A stretch of DNA of 64,000 nucleotides, taken from the NCBI GenBank assembly GCA_047495785.1, contig JBLDXI010000003.1, forward strand, positions 2,790,001 to 2,854,000, given 5' to 3'. Positions 35,973 to 48,968 of the stretch are shown in pieces. Under the pieces are notes generated by a model that worked only from the letters and a program-made list of their open reading frames with translations, ran no database searches and was not told where the DNA came from. Source of the stretch: Lepidodermella squamata. Taxonomy: Eukaryota; Animalia; Gastrotricha. Every line of letters starts with the position of its first letter. Position 1 is the first letter of the stretch. The position numbers and the translations under genes were made by a program.

Positions 35973-37973
35973 CTATTTATTAATAGTTGACAAAATATAA
36001 GCATGAATCGCGATGAAGATTCCAGTGGTTACAGAGAACGCCAGTACATCGATGAGTCGAATAAGGCGAATTTTGCAAGGTCGCACCGATCGGTTAGCTA
36101 TTTTCACGCTAGACAGCAGACAAGCGATTAGATGATAAACAGTGACAACAGCTGAGAAAAAAGATATCGCCCTGACGTAATCCCCAAGTAAAATTCGATA
36201 CTGCACCTTTGGCAATTGGTTCAAAACATCTGATTGCGCTACAGTTAACGCAAGTAGGATCGTAACCGCAAAAGCGGGCCTATCTGGGGCATCAACAGGT
36301 AAGGCGAAGGTAGCAAGATCCAGAAAAGCTAGCATTGCACTTGGCAATAACAGGTTAATGACGTAGTAGTCAGGGATACGCCGTATCTTAACGATAAAAT
36401 TGACAATATGCACCCGTTGCCCTTTGAATTTTCGCCATTCCAGGGATGTTTTCGAAGAAATCCACTTCCATTCGCTGGTTTCGAGATCCAGCCAATTGAA
36501 ATCGATGGAATTTTCATCAAATAGCAAAACCGACATTGGGCGGACCATTTCGAAGGTGAAAGTGCACTGTTGCTCATCGAAAGGGAACAAGCTCAGATCA
36601 AGGTCGCATTTCGACTTGAAGCTGCCTTCATTCGTGTAGAAGAATTCGAAAGTTTGGTTTGGGAAATCTTGAGAATTCAGCACTGTCACATCTCTTCCGT
36701 AATCATCGCCAACTAAAAATACGTTGTTAACCGCCGTACTCGTGAACCGAATTTTTGGCAACCAAACGGTCTCAGGAGAAGCGACATAGAGCTTTTGCGG
36801 GGTCTTGGTCAGGGCTGTTATGCTAGTTCTTGGGCACGTGGTGACCTTCCAAGTCATTAGCATTAGCCCATCAACGTCGATCAGCTGATCCACATTGCTA
36901 ACCTCGTTCAAACTACCGACTTCGAACGCAATTCTTATGACATTTGGCTCAAAGTTGTTTGGAGGAACCGCTCGTTCCGGGGTGAAATCTTTGCATTCTT
37001 GCATGGCTATTTCAATCGGCAAAATGTCCTCGGCCTCCTCAGGCATGTCCGGGACAATGGTTGAAGCTATTGATATCGGCTTCGAGGGGAGTGTTACCAT
37101 GGTTTTCTTTGTTGTCGTAGCACTTGGGGTTCCGATTGATGTAGCTAAATCAGGACTTGTTTTTGCTGTTAAGGTCGTCGTTGTGGTAGTCGTTGATCTA
37201 GCCGTTGTTGTAGATAAAAATGTAGATGTTGATGTTGAACTCGAAGAAGTTGAGGATGACACAGTCGAGGTTGATGGAGGCGGGTTTTGACTTCTACAAG
37301 CTGTTTGAACATCAATCAAATCCGACTGTGTCAGCGCAGTGTTATGGAGCATCAAACACGCCATGGCATCCTCGCGCAGCATTTTGTTGCTTTCGGTGTA
37401 GCGACCGAAGTAGAGTCTAGCGATTGAAGCTACTTCGATTACTTTATCCGGGTAATTGTAAGCTTTTAGAGTATCTCGACCGGTGTAGAGCGTTGCGGTA
37501 TTTTGCGAGTACGTAACAGCTATGAAATTCCATTGCCCTGCCACAACGCAGTCCGTGATAGTGGCGACTTGCGGCATGGAAATTGAGTTTGGATTGGCGT
37601 AAATCATTGCGAATTTGTCATTGATTCCAGTCGAGTCCATGAAGCTGAAAATTCCCCGATTGCTCGATGAGGCTGCCAGGAATACGAAAAACGAGATGGT
37701 GAACTCGGCGATGGGAGACAACACGACATATCCAATCAGGTTAATACCGATTTTGTAAGACGTTGATGAGACCCCGTATGGCCCAGGTATGCCTTGCTGG
37801 AGAGAACCCAAGTCATTATTCACGCCGGCGTTCACGACACATTTGTTGGTAAGATCTTTCAACGCTGATTTCGCATCAAGAGGGAAGAAGAATTGCAAGT
37901 TACTCTGCCTCGGGTATTGTGCATTTGCGCCGGCTATCGCCGTTAAAGCAAAGACTAAAGAAGTCAGAAGCAT
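35973..37973 (-). CDS. Single-LamG-mucin stalk-Cys-loop channel, copy E (intact, 666 aa)
   Basis: Signal peptide MLLTSLVFALTAIAGANA, one LamG-like domain, Ser/Thr stalk, Cys-loop CDLDLSLFPFDEQQC, four TM helices. Confidence 0.9.
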   Translation of the reverse strand: MLLTSLVFALTAIAGANAQYPRQSNLQFFFPLDAKSALKDLTNKCVVNAGVNNDLGSLQQGIPGPYGVSSTSYKIGINLIGYVVLSPIAEFTISFFVFLAASSSNRGIFSFMDSTGINDKFAMIYANPNSISMPQVATITDCVVAGQWNFIAVTYSQNTATLYTGRDTLKAYNYPDKVIEVASIARLYFGRYTESNKMLREDAMACLMLHNTALTQSDLIDVQTACRSQNPPPSTSTVSSSTSSSSTSTSTFLSTTTARSTTTTTTTLTAKTSPDLATSIGTPSATTTKKTMVTLPSKPISIASTIVPDMPEEAEDILPIEIAMQECKDFTPERAVPPNNFEPNVIRIAFEVGSLNEVSNVDQLIDVDGLMLMTWKVTTCPRTSITALTKTPQKLYVASPETVWLPKIRFTSTAVNNVFLVGDDYGRDVTVLNSQDFPNQTFEFFYTNEGSFKSKCDLDLSLFPFDEQQCTFTFEMVRPMSVLLFDENSIDFNWLDLETSEWKWISSKTSLEWRKFKGQRVHIVNFIVKIRRIPDYYVINLLLPSAMLAFLDLATFALPVDAPDRPAFAVTILLALTVAQSDVLNQLPKVQYRILLGDYVRAISFFSAVVTVYHLIACLLSSVKIANRSVRPCKIRLIRLIDVLAFSVTTGIFIAIHAYILSTINK

Positions 37974-39005
37974 ATTTGATAAACACGATGAACATGGAAC
38001 GCATAGATGCCAAAAACCGCATGATCACACGCCTGTTCCCGTGAATTTTCAATTATTAAAATTCAAAGAGCGAAGTCTGATATTCCCGGATGTTGGTTTA
38101 AAGTGTACAATAAAATCTCGGCATAACTGAGGGAAAGTATATTGGAACTACGCTAGCTTCGGGATTGAATTCTGACCTGGACATTTATGCTGCCAGGATT
38201 TTCTATGTTTCGATCTAATGCTCGAGGAAAGCCGCACGAGTTGTAAGTGCTCGAGTTTATAGTTCCTACTGTTGATTATATATAATTAGGGTTTAATTTT
38301 TTTTACAAGGGGTTTTGAATTTTGAAGGCATTTTTCATTCCTCTGCATCATTGTCTATTTTATTGCAGTTGAAATGAACCTGAACTCACTTCCAAACTTT
38401 GCCTGAAAAAAAATTGTTTTTCATGCTCATCTCAATTTCAATATCCCCAGCAGCAGCTGATTGAAGTGTATTTTTCCAAGCGGTGTTCACGTGAATCTAA
38501 AATATTGCATGCAGAAACGTCCAATACACGAGACAGCCAGAGGTCGAATTTTTGTATTGAAATAGTATGTTCTCTGCGCCTGGCGCCTTTATTTCCGTGA
38601 AAACTCGTAGCGATGCATTTCATTTCCGCGAAGCCTGGATCAGCAAAGCATACGGTGGTATAGGACGCTTGGGTATTTCGACCTTGAAACAGATTTGAAA
38701 ACAACTCCCTACGCTAATCGAAAACCGCGACGCATGCTTTCAACCGCAACAGATGGAGATTGGAAATTACAATAACTAAAGTGAACAAAACGGCTTTCTG
38801 TTATATATTAGATGCTTTTCATTTGCATCAAATTTTATGCTCAAACAATTCCCCCATCCATTATTTCCACCAAATTGAAACAGCGAATTTTTATTTAGTG
38901 AACTCAGAATTGAAGCTCTATACAAAAATCGGAAAGCAGAATACAATAATAACAGCAGAAAAAGATTGTGAATTTTGAATTGCAAAGTCTACTTTTTAAA
39001 TCACC

Positions 39006-41918
39006 TCAAACTTTGACAATTGTCATGCAGTAGGCATGGATACAAATGTAGAAGCCAAGGGAAGCGAACAACATCAACATGTCCATCAACCGAACGAGGG
39101 TGATTTTGCATTTTCCAAATGAACGTTGTGCCACTTTTCTACTAGCCACGAAGCATGCGAACAAATGATACGCTGTAATAAAAGCCGCATAAAATGTTGT
39201 TGCTTTTATGTAGTCGCCTAAGAGTATTCGGCTCTTCGTTTTCGGTAGTTGGGCCAGGACATCAGATTGGGCGACGGTGAGAGCTAACATTGTTGTTATA
39301 GCAAAACCCGAACGATCCGGCAAGTCTGGCGATAAGAAGAATGTTGCCAAATCCAAAAATGCCAGCAAAGCACTCGGCAAAGCCAAGTTCATTAGGTAGT
39401 AATCAGGGATTCTCCGTAAGACGACTTCAAACTCTACGACATGAATCGGCTGGCCAACAAACATTCGGGTATCTAGAGTCACATCAGACGAAACCCATAG
39501 CCACTCTGTTGTCGTGCGGTCAAGCCAATTGATTAAAAAAGTATTGGTATCGAATTGCAGAACCTTCATAGGTCTTGTTAGTTCGAAAGTGAAATAACAA
39601 CGCTGCTCATCGAATGGAAAATAGCATAAATCGAGTTTACACACTGATCGGAAATTTCCTTCGGTGACTAAAAAGAAGTCGAAAATTTGGCTGTCGCCAA
39701 GCGGCGTATTGAGAACGGTGAGGTCTCTTCCGAACGAGCCATCATTCATGTATGGATTACTAGTGGCGCCGCTGGTAAAGCGCAACTTCGGAGCCCAAAC
39801 ATTATCCGGCGAGGCCACATACAAAGTTTCAGGCCTCTAAGTGAGTTCAGTGGTGCTATTCAGAGGGCAGGTCGTCACGCTCCATTTCAGAAGTAGCAAG
39901 CCATTAACATCGATCGCCTCGTTTACGTTGTCAATGCCGTTCATTCGGTTAACTTCGAACGCAACTGTGACGTGAGTTGCTTTCCCGTTATTGGGCGGGA
40001 CAGATCGATCCGCAGTGAAATCATCGCATTCTTCCATGATTCTCTCTATCGGAGTGGGATTTGTCGAAGGTTCCGGTAGAACAGGTACAAAACTTGAGAC
40101 TAGACTTCTTGGAACAGACGGAGGCGGCGTTGCTGTTGTCGTAAGTTTTACTGTCGGGGTTACGGTACGTTCAGCAGAACTAATCTTGGTCGTTATGGTA
40201 GGAGGAATTTTAGTTGAAGAGCCAGGTGATGTAGTAGAAGTTTCCGGCGGCGTTGAAGTCGAGATCGTTGCTTTTACCGTTGGTGGGACAGTAGGTCCAG
40301 CAGTAGAACTGATTCTGGTTGATGTTGTTGAAGGAATTGCAGTTGAAGACCCTGCTGATGTTGAAGAAGATGTCGTCGAAGCTGAAGACCCTGCTGCGGT
40401 TGAAGAAGATCTTTGCGCCGTTGTAGATTTTGTGGTTGAAGATGAGGTCGTTGTTGTGGTCGAAGTGCTAGTTGTTGGAAATGTCTTCCAGTTCTTGCAA
40501 GACCCTGGCAGTTGCTTGATCTGCTGCGGAGACAAGACGGCGCCGTATTGAAAAAAGCATGCCATACTATCGAAGGCAAAACCCGATAAACCTATCTTGC
40601 CGTCATCGCCTTGCATTAACGCAACAAAATCACTTGTGTCGATCGCAGGCTGTGTTATTAGCTGTGTTGAATTTACCGAACGAGCAGCTTCCCCTGTATA
40701 CAAGCTCAGAGTCGAGGTAACTGCATCGTAAGAGACGGAAAAGAAGAGCCACTTAGTTAACTCGATGTTAGACACTGACAATAATGTACCACCATCTGTA
40801 TTGGCGATTATTAGCGAGCTGGGATGCTGAAAATATATGGATAGGCGCGAGTGCGTGGCTTTGCTCCAAAAGTTGAAGATTCCTCGTGTAGGCTCATCTG
40901 CCCTATCGGCTAAGTTAACGTAGGAAGCGACTGTAAGACTTGACGTAAATTTAGTGGGAATGACGTTGCACAGGCGATCCTTGATAACTCGCGCTGATGA
41001 ATTCGCCTTATCGAAGGTGCCCAATTTCGATGTGTCAATTACCCCTATACTATCCAGTCTTCCCACTTCTCTGACGACCATTGCATTGCTACCAGATACA
41101 TCATTCAGGTACGAGAAATCATCCATAGGTATGAAGACTTGTAGACTATCGGGCTTCGGCCAGTTATGCGAGGCCTGAACCGAGGTTTTTGCCTCCCAGT
41201 TCTTGCATACGGCAGATAGCTGTTGCAGCTCCTCAGCTTGAAGCATTTCATTGTAATGCATGACGCAGGCCATTCCATCAGAATCTAGCATGAATGTCGT
41301 ATCAGCAGATCTACCCACGTCAACTAAAGTCGTCTGTGACAACTTGATCTCCGTGCTAGATGTTATCGGTTGGACTAGTGTTGGATTTTCCCCAGTGTAC
41401 ACCTTCAATGTCGTCCCGAGCAAAGTTATCATAACAAAATTCCATTGCCCTGCAGTAATAGCATTGGCAACCTCCCCTATAGCCTGGGTTCCGACTCGGA
41501 ATTCGAGGGAGCTCGGGTGCTTGTAAACTACAGAGAATAAATTGCCCGCGTCACTCTTGTAGGCGAATAATCCTCGATTTACACCCGCCTGGGCGTCTGG
41601 GTAGAAGCAGAATGCAAGCGTCATGTCGCTATTGAGCGTAACTTTGACACTGCCGATCAAGCCATTTTTCGGGCGATATGATGTTTTAGGTTGGTTGAAT
41701 GGCCCCGTGAATGCCGTTTGCAACTCCCCGTAGACATTATTCCGAACCCCACCCCCAACAACAGTCTTGCTCCTGGCAACGTCTCTAACGCCGGCTGCTT
41801 CATCAAGTGGCAGTAGGAACTCAATATCAGCTTGCCTTGGTAGAAAGCCGTGGCTTAATCCAAGAAAAGCTGAGATAAACTGTATGATAGTCCTCATCAG
41901 AATTCGTCGAGAATTCAT
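39006..41918 (-). pseudogene. LamG-LamG-Cys-loop channel, copy F (single in-frame TAG at 39837-39839)
   Basis: ORFs 41918-39837 and 39824-39006 share a frame. ACT TAG AGG CCT here corresponds to ACT AAA AGG CCT (T-K-R-P) in copy G. Otherwise full length. Confidence 0.8.
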
Positions 41919-43627
41919 GCAGCTGTATTCATCGGTTTGACGGTTTTTATCGTCTCACTCATGTGTGTGCGAAAATATTTAATCGGATGTTTTGCAGTTA
42001 AGGGCGTGGCAATAATGCAGGTTTCGCAGACAATAACAGTCCGATTAAAAATGAGTAGGCATGTATCAACAGCGCGTCACGATATTTGCTCATCAAATTC
42101 TCCTGCTCTTTCACGCTGTCGGGACATATTCTAGAAGCTTTCGTTATATGTTTCGTCGTTTTTCATTAACTATTGACTACTGAACAAACAGCTGTGTTTG
42201 AGATTGAACACTTCGCCATGATGCGCAGCTAGAAACGTTCATCAGAAACGGGGAAGAATTCAGCTTGTGGAGATCGCAGAGAAAAAAACAAAAAAACAGA
42301 CTGGCGAATTATCGCGCGCGACAGTCGTGCACTTTTTCACGGACTTCACGGACTGTCGCGAGTGTCGCATCAAAGTCACGCGCAACAAAACGCTGGGGTG
42401 ATCACGTGACGCGACAGGCGCCCGTACAATAGGGCTGGACCACCGTTGCGCAAAATGAAAAATTGGCGTTACTCTATCACTTCGTAACAATTTGCCCTTG
42501 TGTATACGGACCCGGCCATTTGGGGCTAAGAGCTAAGCAGTTCGAAGCATTCTCCATCTTCCGACAGACTGAAGAAAATGGTTAAAATTGACGACACGCC
42601 GGTTGATGAAAACGAAAATTCGTTGATTGGTCGAAAATGAGCTTTATTGCGATTTCTTCAGCTTCAGGACGGCTAACGGCGCTCCGCTTCGCTCGTTAGC
42701 CATCAACTCGGCCAACATCGAAATTGTTTGCGCTGTTTTGGCTCCGTGCTTTGTTATCAGCCAGATATTAGCGTAACTTCGGTCAGACGTCAGGCATAGA
42801 ACTATTGCCTATTGCTAGTTTCATGGTGGACCGGCTATCGGCTATGGTACATATACCGTTGTGGATCGAAAAGAACATCACGCTTCAAGCATCGACTGCC
42901 ATCTCAGCAGGCCCTACCAAACGCGCAATCGTCCGCTAAAGGAATTTTTATATTACTTAATAGTATTATATTTTTATTTTATTAATTTGTAGGTCTCTGA
43001 TGGGTCTCTTGACCGACACGAAATGTATATGCCACGTATACGACAGACCATTATATGTGAAATAATAATTTAAATGGTTATTTCATCTCAAGGAAACCTG
43101 AACTCACAAGTTTGAACACAGAATTCAAAGCTAAGCACTTGAACTGCACTCTTGATTTTGAACCGATATTCAGCATATTCTATTCAGCATGCTATCTCAA
43201 GCTTTATTTCTCCAGCACCTCACCTCCATCATATCCAAGTGTTGCGATCTCGCATCGCCAAGACTTAACCCTGCTACGGCAGAAGAACTCCGCCCATTCC
43301 CCGCCCGTTGGTTTCGTGGGATTCCCCGCTCATTTTGAGAGCAGCTCATTCGAGCGTGCTCGTTTCCAAATGGCGCTATTTGTTCTTCTACGAATTTACG
43401 AAGAACTAGTTTCTTAAACCCCGTTATTCCGGCCGGCGAGGCCCACTTTAGGGGCCGGAAGAGTTCCGCCCATCTCTTGCATTGCATGCGGCCGGACGGC
43501 TCTTTCGAAGGAAATAATCCATGGAAATACCAGTGGAATAGCCAGAAAAGGATCGGGAAATAATCTCAAAAACTAAATATTGATGAAACTCTGATAATCG
43601 TGTAAACCAGCGTTTGGGCACTTTGCC

Positions 43628-44771
43628 CAAGGGAAGGAGGCGAAACTGGATTATTTTTGCACCATCTGGCGTTCAGAAATTTTTTGAAAAAGACCTCAAA
43701 AGTGTGTGCCGAAATTTCATCGATTTTTTTGATCGATTTTTAGGGGATAACTATTGAAATACGAATTTCCACGACTACAGAATTTCCAGTTCACCTTAAC
43801 ACGTTTTTCTCATAACGATAGGCTATTTTTTGAAAATTCGACCTTGACACATGTTTTTTTTGGCTCGAAATTTAAAATTTTATGGTATTTTTGCCTATAA
43901 AACAGATCTGAGCTTTTGTTGCATGATGAAGTTTCACTCGGCGTTACTCATTTCGCAGCTTATAGGTATCTAATTATTGGAAAACTCAAGAACCAATAAA
44001 TTAACGCTCTTTGAAACAATAGAACCCGAATGCGAAATTCGTCAAAAATTAATTACCGTACTGCCCGAGTTGTTGGGCTTGTCCTTCATTTTTTTTCTAA
44101 CCAAGTCGAAACCCCGTCTTATATTTGAGACCGCCCTTTATTTGAGGCCCGACCTTTATTATTTCGACTGGCCTTCGGACCCCGTCCTATATTTGAGGCC
44201 GATTTTTATTACGAGACTGGCTAACTATTCGGGCAGTACGGTATATTAAGTACAAAAAAATTTCTATTGACTGGGCTATTTTTTCAATTCAATCCGAAAG
44301 GCTTCGGAAGGCAGAAGGGAGGAAAGCCCGGGTCAATTCAAATTGACTCAAAATTAAACCGAGCTCTGTCGCGTGAGGTCGAAGCATGTGATCTTTTTAT
44401 ATAATTAGCCATAAAATCAAATGAATAACGAACGTTTCCCATAGCCAAACATATTTCAAAAATTAACGGATCCTTTGCAAATTTTCAAATATGAAGTTTT
44501 AGGGTAGTTTTCAAAAATTACAGCCAATCGTGGTCTACTCGTTGAGACGAGTAAGAATATATTTTCAGATTGAAAATCGGAGGCCCAGGTGATGAGTTAT
44601 TCTCTATGCCTCTACGGTACTTTTTCATGCAAGGATGCAGAGCAATTTTTTCAATTTCAATTTTTTGCACTTTCGTAAAACACACTTTTCGATGTCTTTT
44701 TCTCGCTTCTGTGTGCTTGGACGCGGATTAAAAAGCATTGTTTGTTAATCCAGTTTCGCCTCCTTCCCTTG
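43628..44771. mobile_element. Non-autonomous DNA transposon with 8-bp TSD (P-element- or hAT-like)
   Basis: TIRs CAAGGGAAGGAGGCGAAACTGGATTA / TAATCCAGTTTCGCCTCCTTCCCTTG, flanked by the direct repeat ACTTTGCC at 43620-43627 and 44772-44779. No transposase ORF. Confidence 0.9.
44056..44241. mobile_element. Tc1/pogo-type MITE nested in the 8-bp-TSD element
   Basis: TA|CCGTACTGCCCGA...TCGGGCAGTACGG|TA, with internal repeats ccccgtc(t/c)tatatttgag. Confidence 0.85.
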
Positions 44772-45890
44772 ACTTTGCCAACTTTGCGTCGACAGGTGTT
44801 TCAGCAAAAAAATTTCGAGGTCGATATTTTTTATCGCAATCATAGAAAATAAATAGAAAATAATAAATTATCGAAATAAATTATCAGGTGAAAAGAAAAG
44901 GCTGATTCATAAAGTCTGAATTTGTTGGGTATTTAAAGTGAAAAACGCGTATATATATATTATATATATATGGAACCATATCGCCATGAAATGAGCCATC
45001 ATGTAATGATTACATGATACCTCGCCTCCATGGTGTAATTTGAAATTCCAATTTACGCGATGACTTGATCCATCGCGATATGCTCCCATGCGGGTGACAT
45101 TTCACGATAGCTCATTTAATCCATGACCGCAATGATGTGCCAATCGCTATTGGCCAATATTTCACCATCGCCTACGGCATATACACGTCGTGGGCGCTGG
45201 AGGGTTAAACACTAATTATGAACTTTGTACCGTGGATCGGTCATTGTAAATCCGGTCGAAAAGAAGCATATCTCATAAATTCTTGAAAAAGTATAAAAAA
45301 AATCAGGCAATTTTTGACGTTCAATGACCCAAGCCCCGTCGCGCGATTCGTCTTCGTTGTCGAGAAAATCAATATCGAAAAATCGATTATTTGCACATGG
45401 TTGGTAAGCTGTGTTGCGTAATCATTACTCATTGGAATTTCGAAGACAAAAACTAGTAGTGAGAAAAATTGCTCGGATTGCACTCACTTATTATGAGTCC
45501 CGTCAGCGGAAACGGCAGGGAATTTTCTAATTCAACTTTTAAGGAGGAATTTCGCCAAAAATATCCAGGTAATTAAAATCCACCTTAATTTCTCGAAACT
45601 GTATAAGCTTTTTTCATCTGAATTTTAGCCTTCTAGGCTTTGCCTGGCGCAGAGAATAGCAGTGTGATTCAGTGCAAATTTCGATCATTTCGTCAACGGC
45701 GACGAGACGAACGATGGCGAGCCACCCTCCTTTACTAACAAAGGTAGTGAAAATTTATCGAAATTAATTTTGAAAATTTCTAAAATTTAGATGCCGTAAA
45801 CATCAATTTCGTTAATTGAAATCCAAAACCTGAATACCGAATACATTATAAAATAATTAAAATTAAAATTCTTTCAAATTCTGATAGTCT

Positions 45891-46255
45891 GTTCGATATT
45901 CATGTGAAACATATTAAAAACCCAAATGAGCCAGTTAGACGCGGGAGACCTCGTAAGTCGACCCTGTTAATGCGACGCACGGAAATTCACAAAATTGCGG
46001 ATCTAGAATTAGCGGAAATAACTGCCAGAGATCGGGATGAATGGCAATTAGTGTGCAATAGCATCGAAAATTATGAATTTTTGGGCAAAAACAGGTTGTT
46101 CGCGACCGATCTGTCGGCCCCTGAAGCCGATCGCCTGTCGTCAGCCGTCCCCTAAACCCTCACGGGTAAGGCCTTTTTTTCTACTCTCTAATATTACATC
46201 ACATGCCTACGGAGGACGAAAAATAAAACTGATTCATTCATTCATTCATTCATTC
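45891..46255 (+). mobile_element. 5'-truncated RTE-like LINE insertion with (ATTC)n tail and TSD
   Basis: Encodes RRGRPRKS..ARDRDEW (typical RTE-clade ORF C-terminus), followed by AATAAA and an (ATTC)n tail. TSD ATTCTGATAGTCT at 45878-45890 and 46256-46268. Confidence 0.85.
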
Positions 46256-46449
46256 ATTCTGATAGTCTAATTTTTGTTTTTGAATTAAAAAAATCAAAGG
46301 AATCGAATCGCGCGATGAGCCTTTTATCTTTGGAATCCTTGAAAGACGGAGATTCTTCCCATGAAAATTACGAAAATTTTGGAGATATATGCTCTTTTTC
46401 CACCTTCTAAATCAATAAATTCAAATTTGTGTGCAAATTCATAGTTTAA

Positions 46450-48700
46450 CGACAACAGGCATGTGCGTGAGTGTCCGATTTGTTACATCATTGTTACCAC
46501 AAGGATAGGGGGACCGTTGAAGGCGATGATATAGTCACCCGTTTATCATCGCTGGAGGCAATCTATAGCGTGACCCTATCTCTCGGAGGCCTTCACGAGG
46601 CGGTTAATGTGAGTATCTGTACTTGTACCGTTTATGTACTCGTATGGAGAAACTAACTCCAACTGGAGCGCTCCTTACTCCCACGGTGCTGTTGTAGAGG
46701 TCCAATGCTAGCTATGCGTTTCATAGTTTTAGTCGGGGATCAACCTGCAATGATACTAGGAGGACAGATACTGAGGCCATGTGCAGTAAGTGCATGAGCT
46801 AACATACAGTATTTGGGGCAACTCCCCACGTGATTTATGTCCGGTCACGTCGGAAAGCACGCTATGACAGAGTGTCCCTCTGTACGGACTAGGATCAGCG
46901 CTTGGTAAGGCATAGGCAGTTGAGCCTAAGGAGCCCCATCGCAAGGACGCTTTTCCGGACACGGACGTGTTTGGCACGAGTCTCTGGCGACACAGGACAG
47001 AAGAATGATCGTTGACGGGCATCAGCTCGGAGATCCAGTACTCTGCAACCAGTGTCTTGTTCTATGTTATGAACGGTTTTTATGAAAGATGTCCACCGTC
47101 ATGGAGCGCATTGAAGCTTAGCCGAGCTCACCGTATCTGGGTCGAGTCCGCGGTACAGTTGAGTACTGCGCATGCTGAGTGACCATGATCTTCAGAAGTG
47201 GGACCAATGTCATCTCTCAAGAGCCTAGTAAAGACCATAGAAACAGAGATTTGAAAAACTGACATCGTAGCATCAGAAGATCCTGAAACTAACCTGGAGG
47301 AGGTGTGCACAGTTGGCGCTCTGGCGGATGTGCCACTGAAACCTAGTTAAAGTAAGGTAATCCTTCCGGTGTGAATTGGTCAGTGAGCTAAACTTACCCC
47401 GTCTCCGCTATAAGTTATCCCTGCACTGTGGCAAATGTGGCGAGAGTGCGTTTATCGCTCTTACTACGTGCTTACAGAGCCCTTGGCCCTTGGTGATCTA
47501 TTAGGTATCACTGGCTGGTGGCGTTGGTAAAACGGCGTTTCCGTATTACCCGATCATTTCGGGTTCATATTAGCCCACCTACAGATCGTTCTAAGTGAGC
47601 ACGGTCGCTTAAAGTCGCGAAGATACAAGTCTTACTGGCCCTGGCTTCACCGCGGGGACAGCCGTAGAGTCGGAAGTGGACGGAGCCGGTCGCCGTCTGC
47701 GTTAAATGGGCGCTGCTGGGACAAAGGAAAGGGAGTGCTAGTCGGCAGACTACCTCATCGCTTAAAACGCATCAAACAACTGCTTGTATACACTGTGGTA
47801 TGAGTAGTTGGCGTTCGACCACCCAGCGTGCACAGCAAGCAGCCTTGCTGGTCATCCATCAATGTAGCTCCAATATTGTGCAATCTGATGATCCGTGGCT
47901 GCGTTATGGCCTCTGTGTTGGGTTGTTACATGTTGGTCGGAGAGCGGAGGTGGTGGATGGTGCATAGAGAGACGGGTACCTAGCGGAGTCCAGGTGGCAA
48001 CATCACTCTCATCACATCATTGTCTATGGTGTACATAGTCTGATTTTTTTAAGCCTTTCATCATCGTAAGAGGAACCTTTAACTGGCGAGTAATTGATAC
48101 TTCGGTAAAGGAGGCGTTTCGTGAAGTGAGCTTGAATAGCCGCTAGTTTTTCAATATCATAAAGTGGGTACGGTGATGGATGGACAGAAATCGAGGCGCG
48201 ATAGTGTGTAGGATTTAAACGCTTTGAGGCGAAGGGATTCAGATGTGAAGGATTTACGTAAGATTAATTCCGTGGCATTTCGTAGCTAATGCGTTACAAT
48301 AATCCGTGAAGGTAAGGATGATGCAGTCGACTCTGGAGTTATTAGGATTTTCGGCACTGGGCGTTCAAGGGAATCTGATCTGTTCATAATGAATTTTGAA
48401 AAATAATAAATGAAGTCTCAGGATAAAGGATAAACTGAGAACTGCTTTTTATGTCGGACATTAGACTTGGATCATTATCCTTCTATTGACCATGTAGATA
48501 GCAGAATTCAAAATGAATCGACCGCCTCAGGAGAATCGGGGAATCATCAAGGAGTAGCGAGGACTCGCAAATCCATCAAATTGGATTAAGTGATGTTACA
48601 ATTTTTCAGCGATGCCCAGCCGTTGTTTAATTGATTTTAGAAGGCCGTGCCATTGTGAAGGGGGTAGGTTAATCGCTTTATGACTTTCTGAGGTGATTTT
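46450..48700 (-). mobile_element. Heavily decayed LINE-like sequence (boundaries uncertain)
   Basis: Minus strand ~48180-48270 reads LILRKSFTSESLRLKAFKSYTLSRLDF, resembling the post-RT region of L2/CR1 elements. The block is GC-richer, absent from the corresponding position beside copy F, and has no long ORF. Confidence 0.4.
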
Positions 48701-48968
48701 CTGCCCTGAACTATCGAACCCAAGATACTGATCGAACCTGAAAAACTATCGAACCCTGAGGTTTTTCCTTCCTTGCTTACCGTTGGAGGTACCCCGCCCC
48801 CTCCCCACGCTCCCTTTTTTCCCGCCTAACTGAAACGTTCAGTTTTTATTTAGTCAACTCAGATTTGAAGTTATCTCTAGACAACATTAAAAAAGCAGTA
48901 TACGATAATGAAAGCAGAAATAGATGATGAATATTGATTTGAAAAGTCAGTCTATTCTTGACTTCAGT

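Noticed and set aside
42671-42701. Hairpin GGCTAACG...CGTTAGCC
   Set aside because: A single short stem, possibly a Helitron-like end, with no other supporting element features.
43265-45208. Possible piggyBac-like element (TTAACCC...GGGTTAA) enclosing the 8-bp-TSD transposon
   Set aside because: The candidate ends match only over a few bases beyond TTAACCCT, so no convincing TIR pair can be shown.
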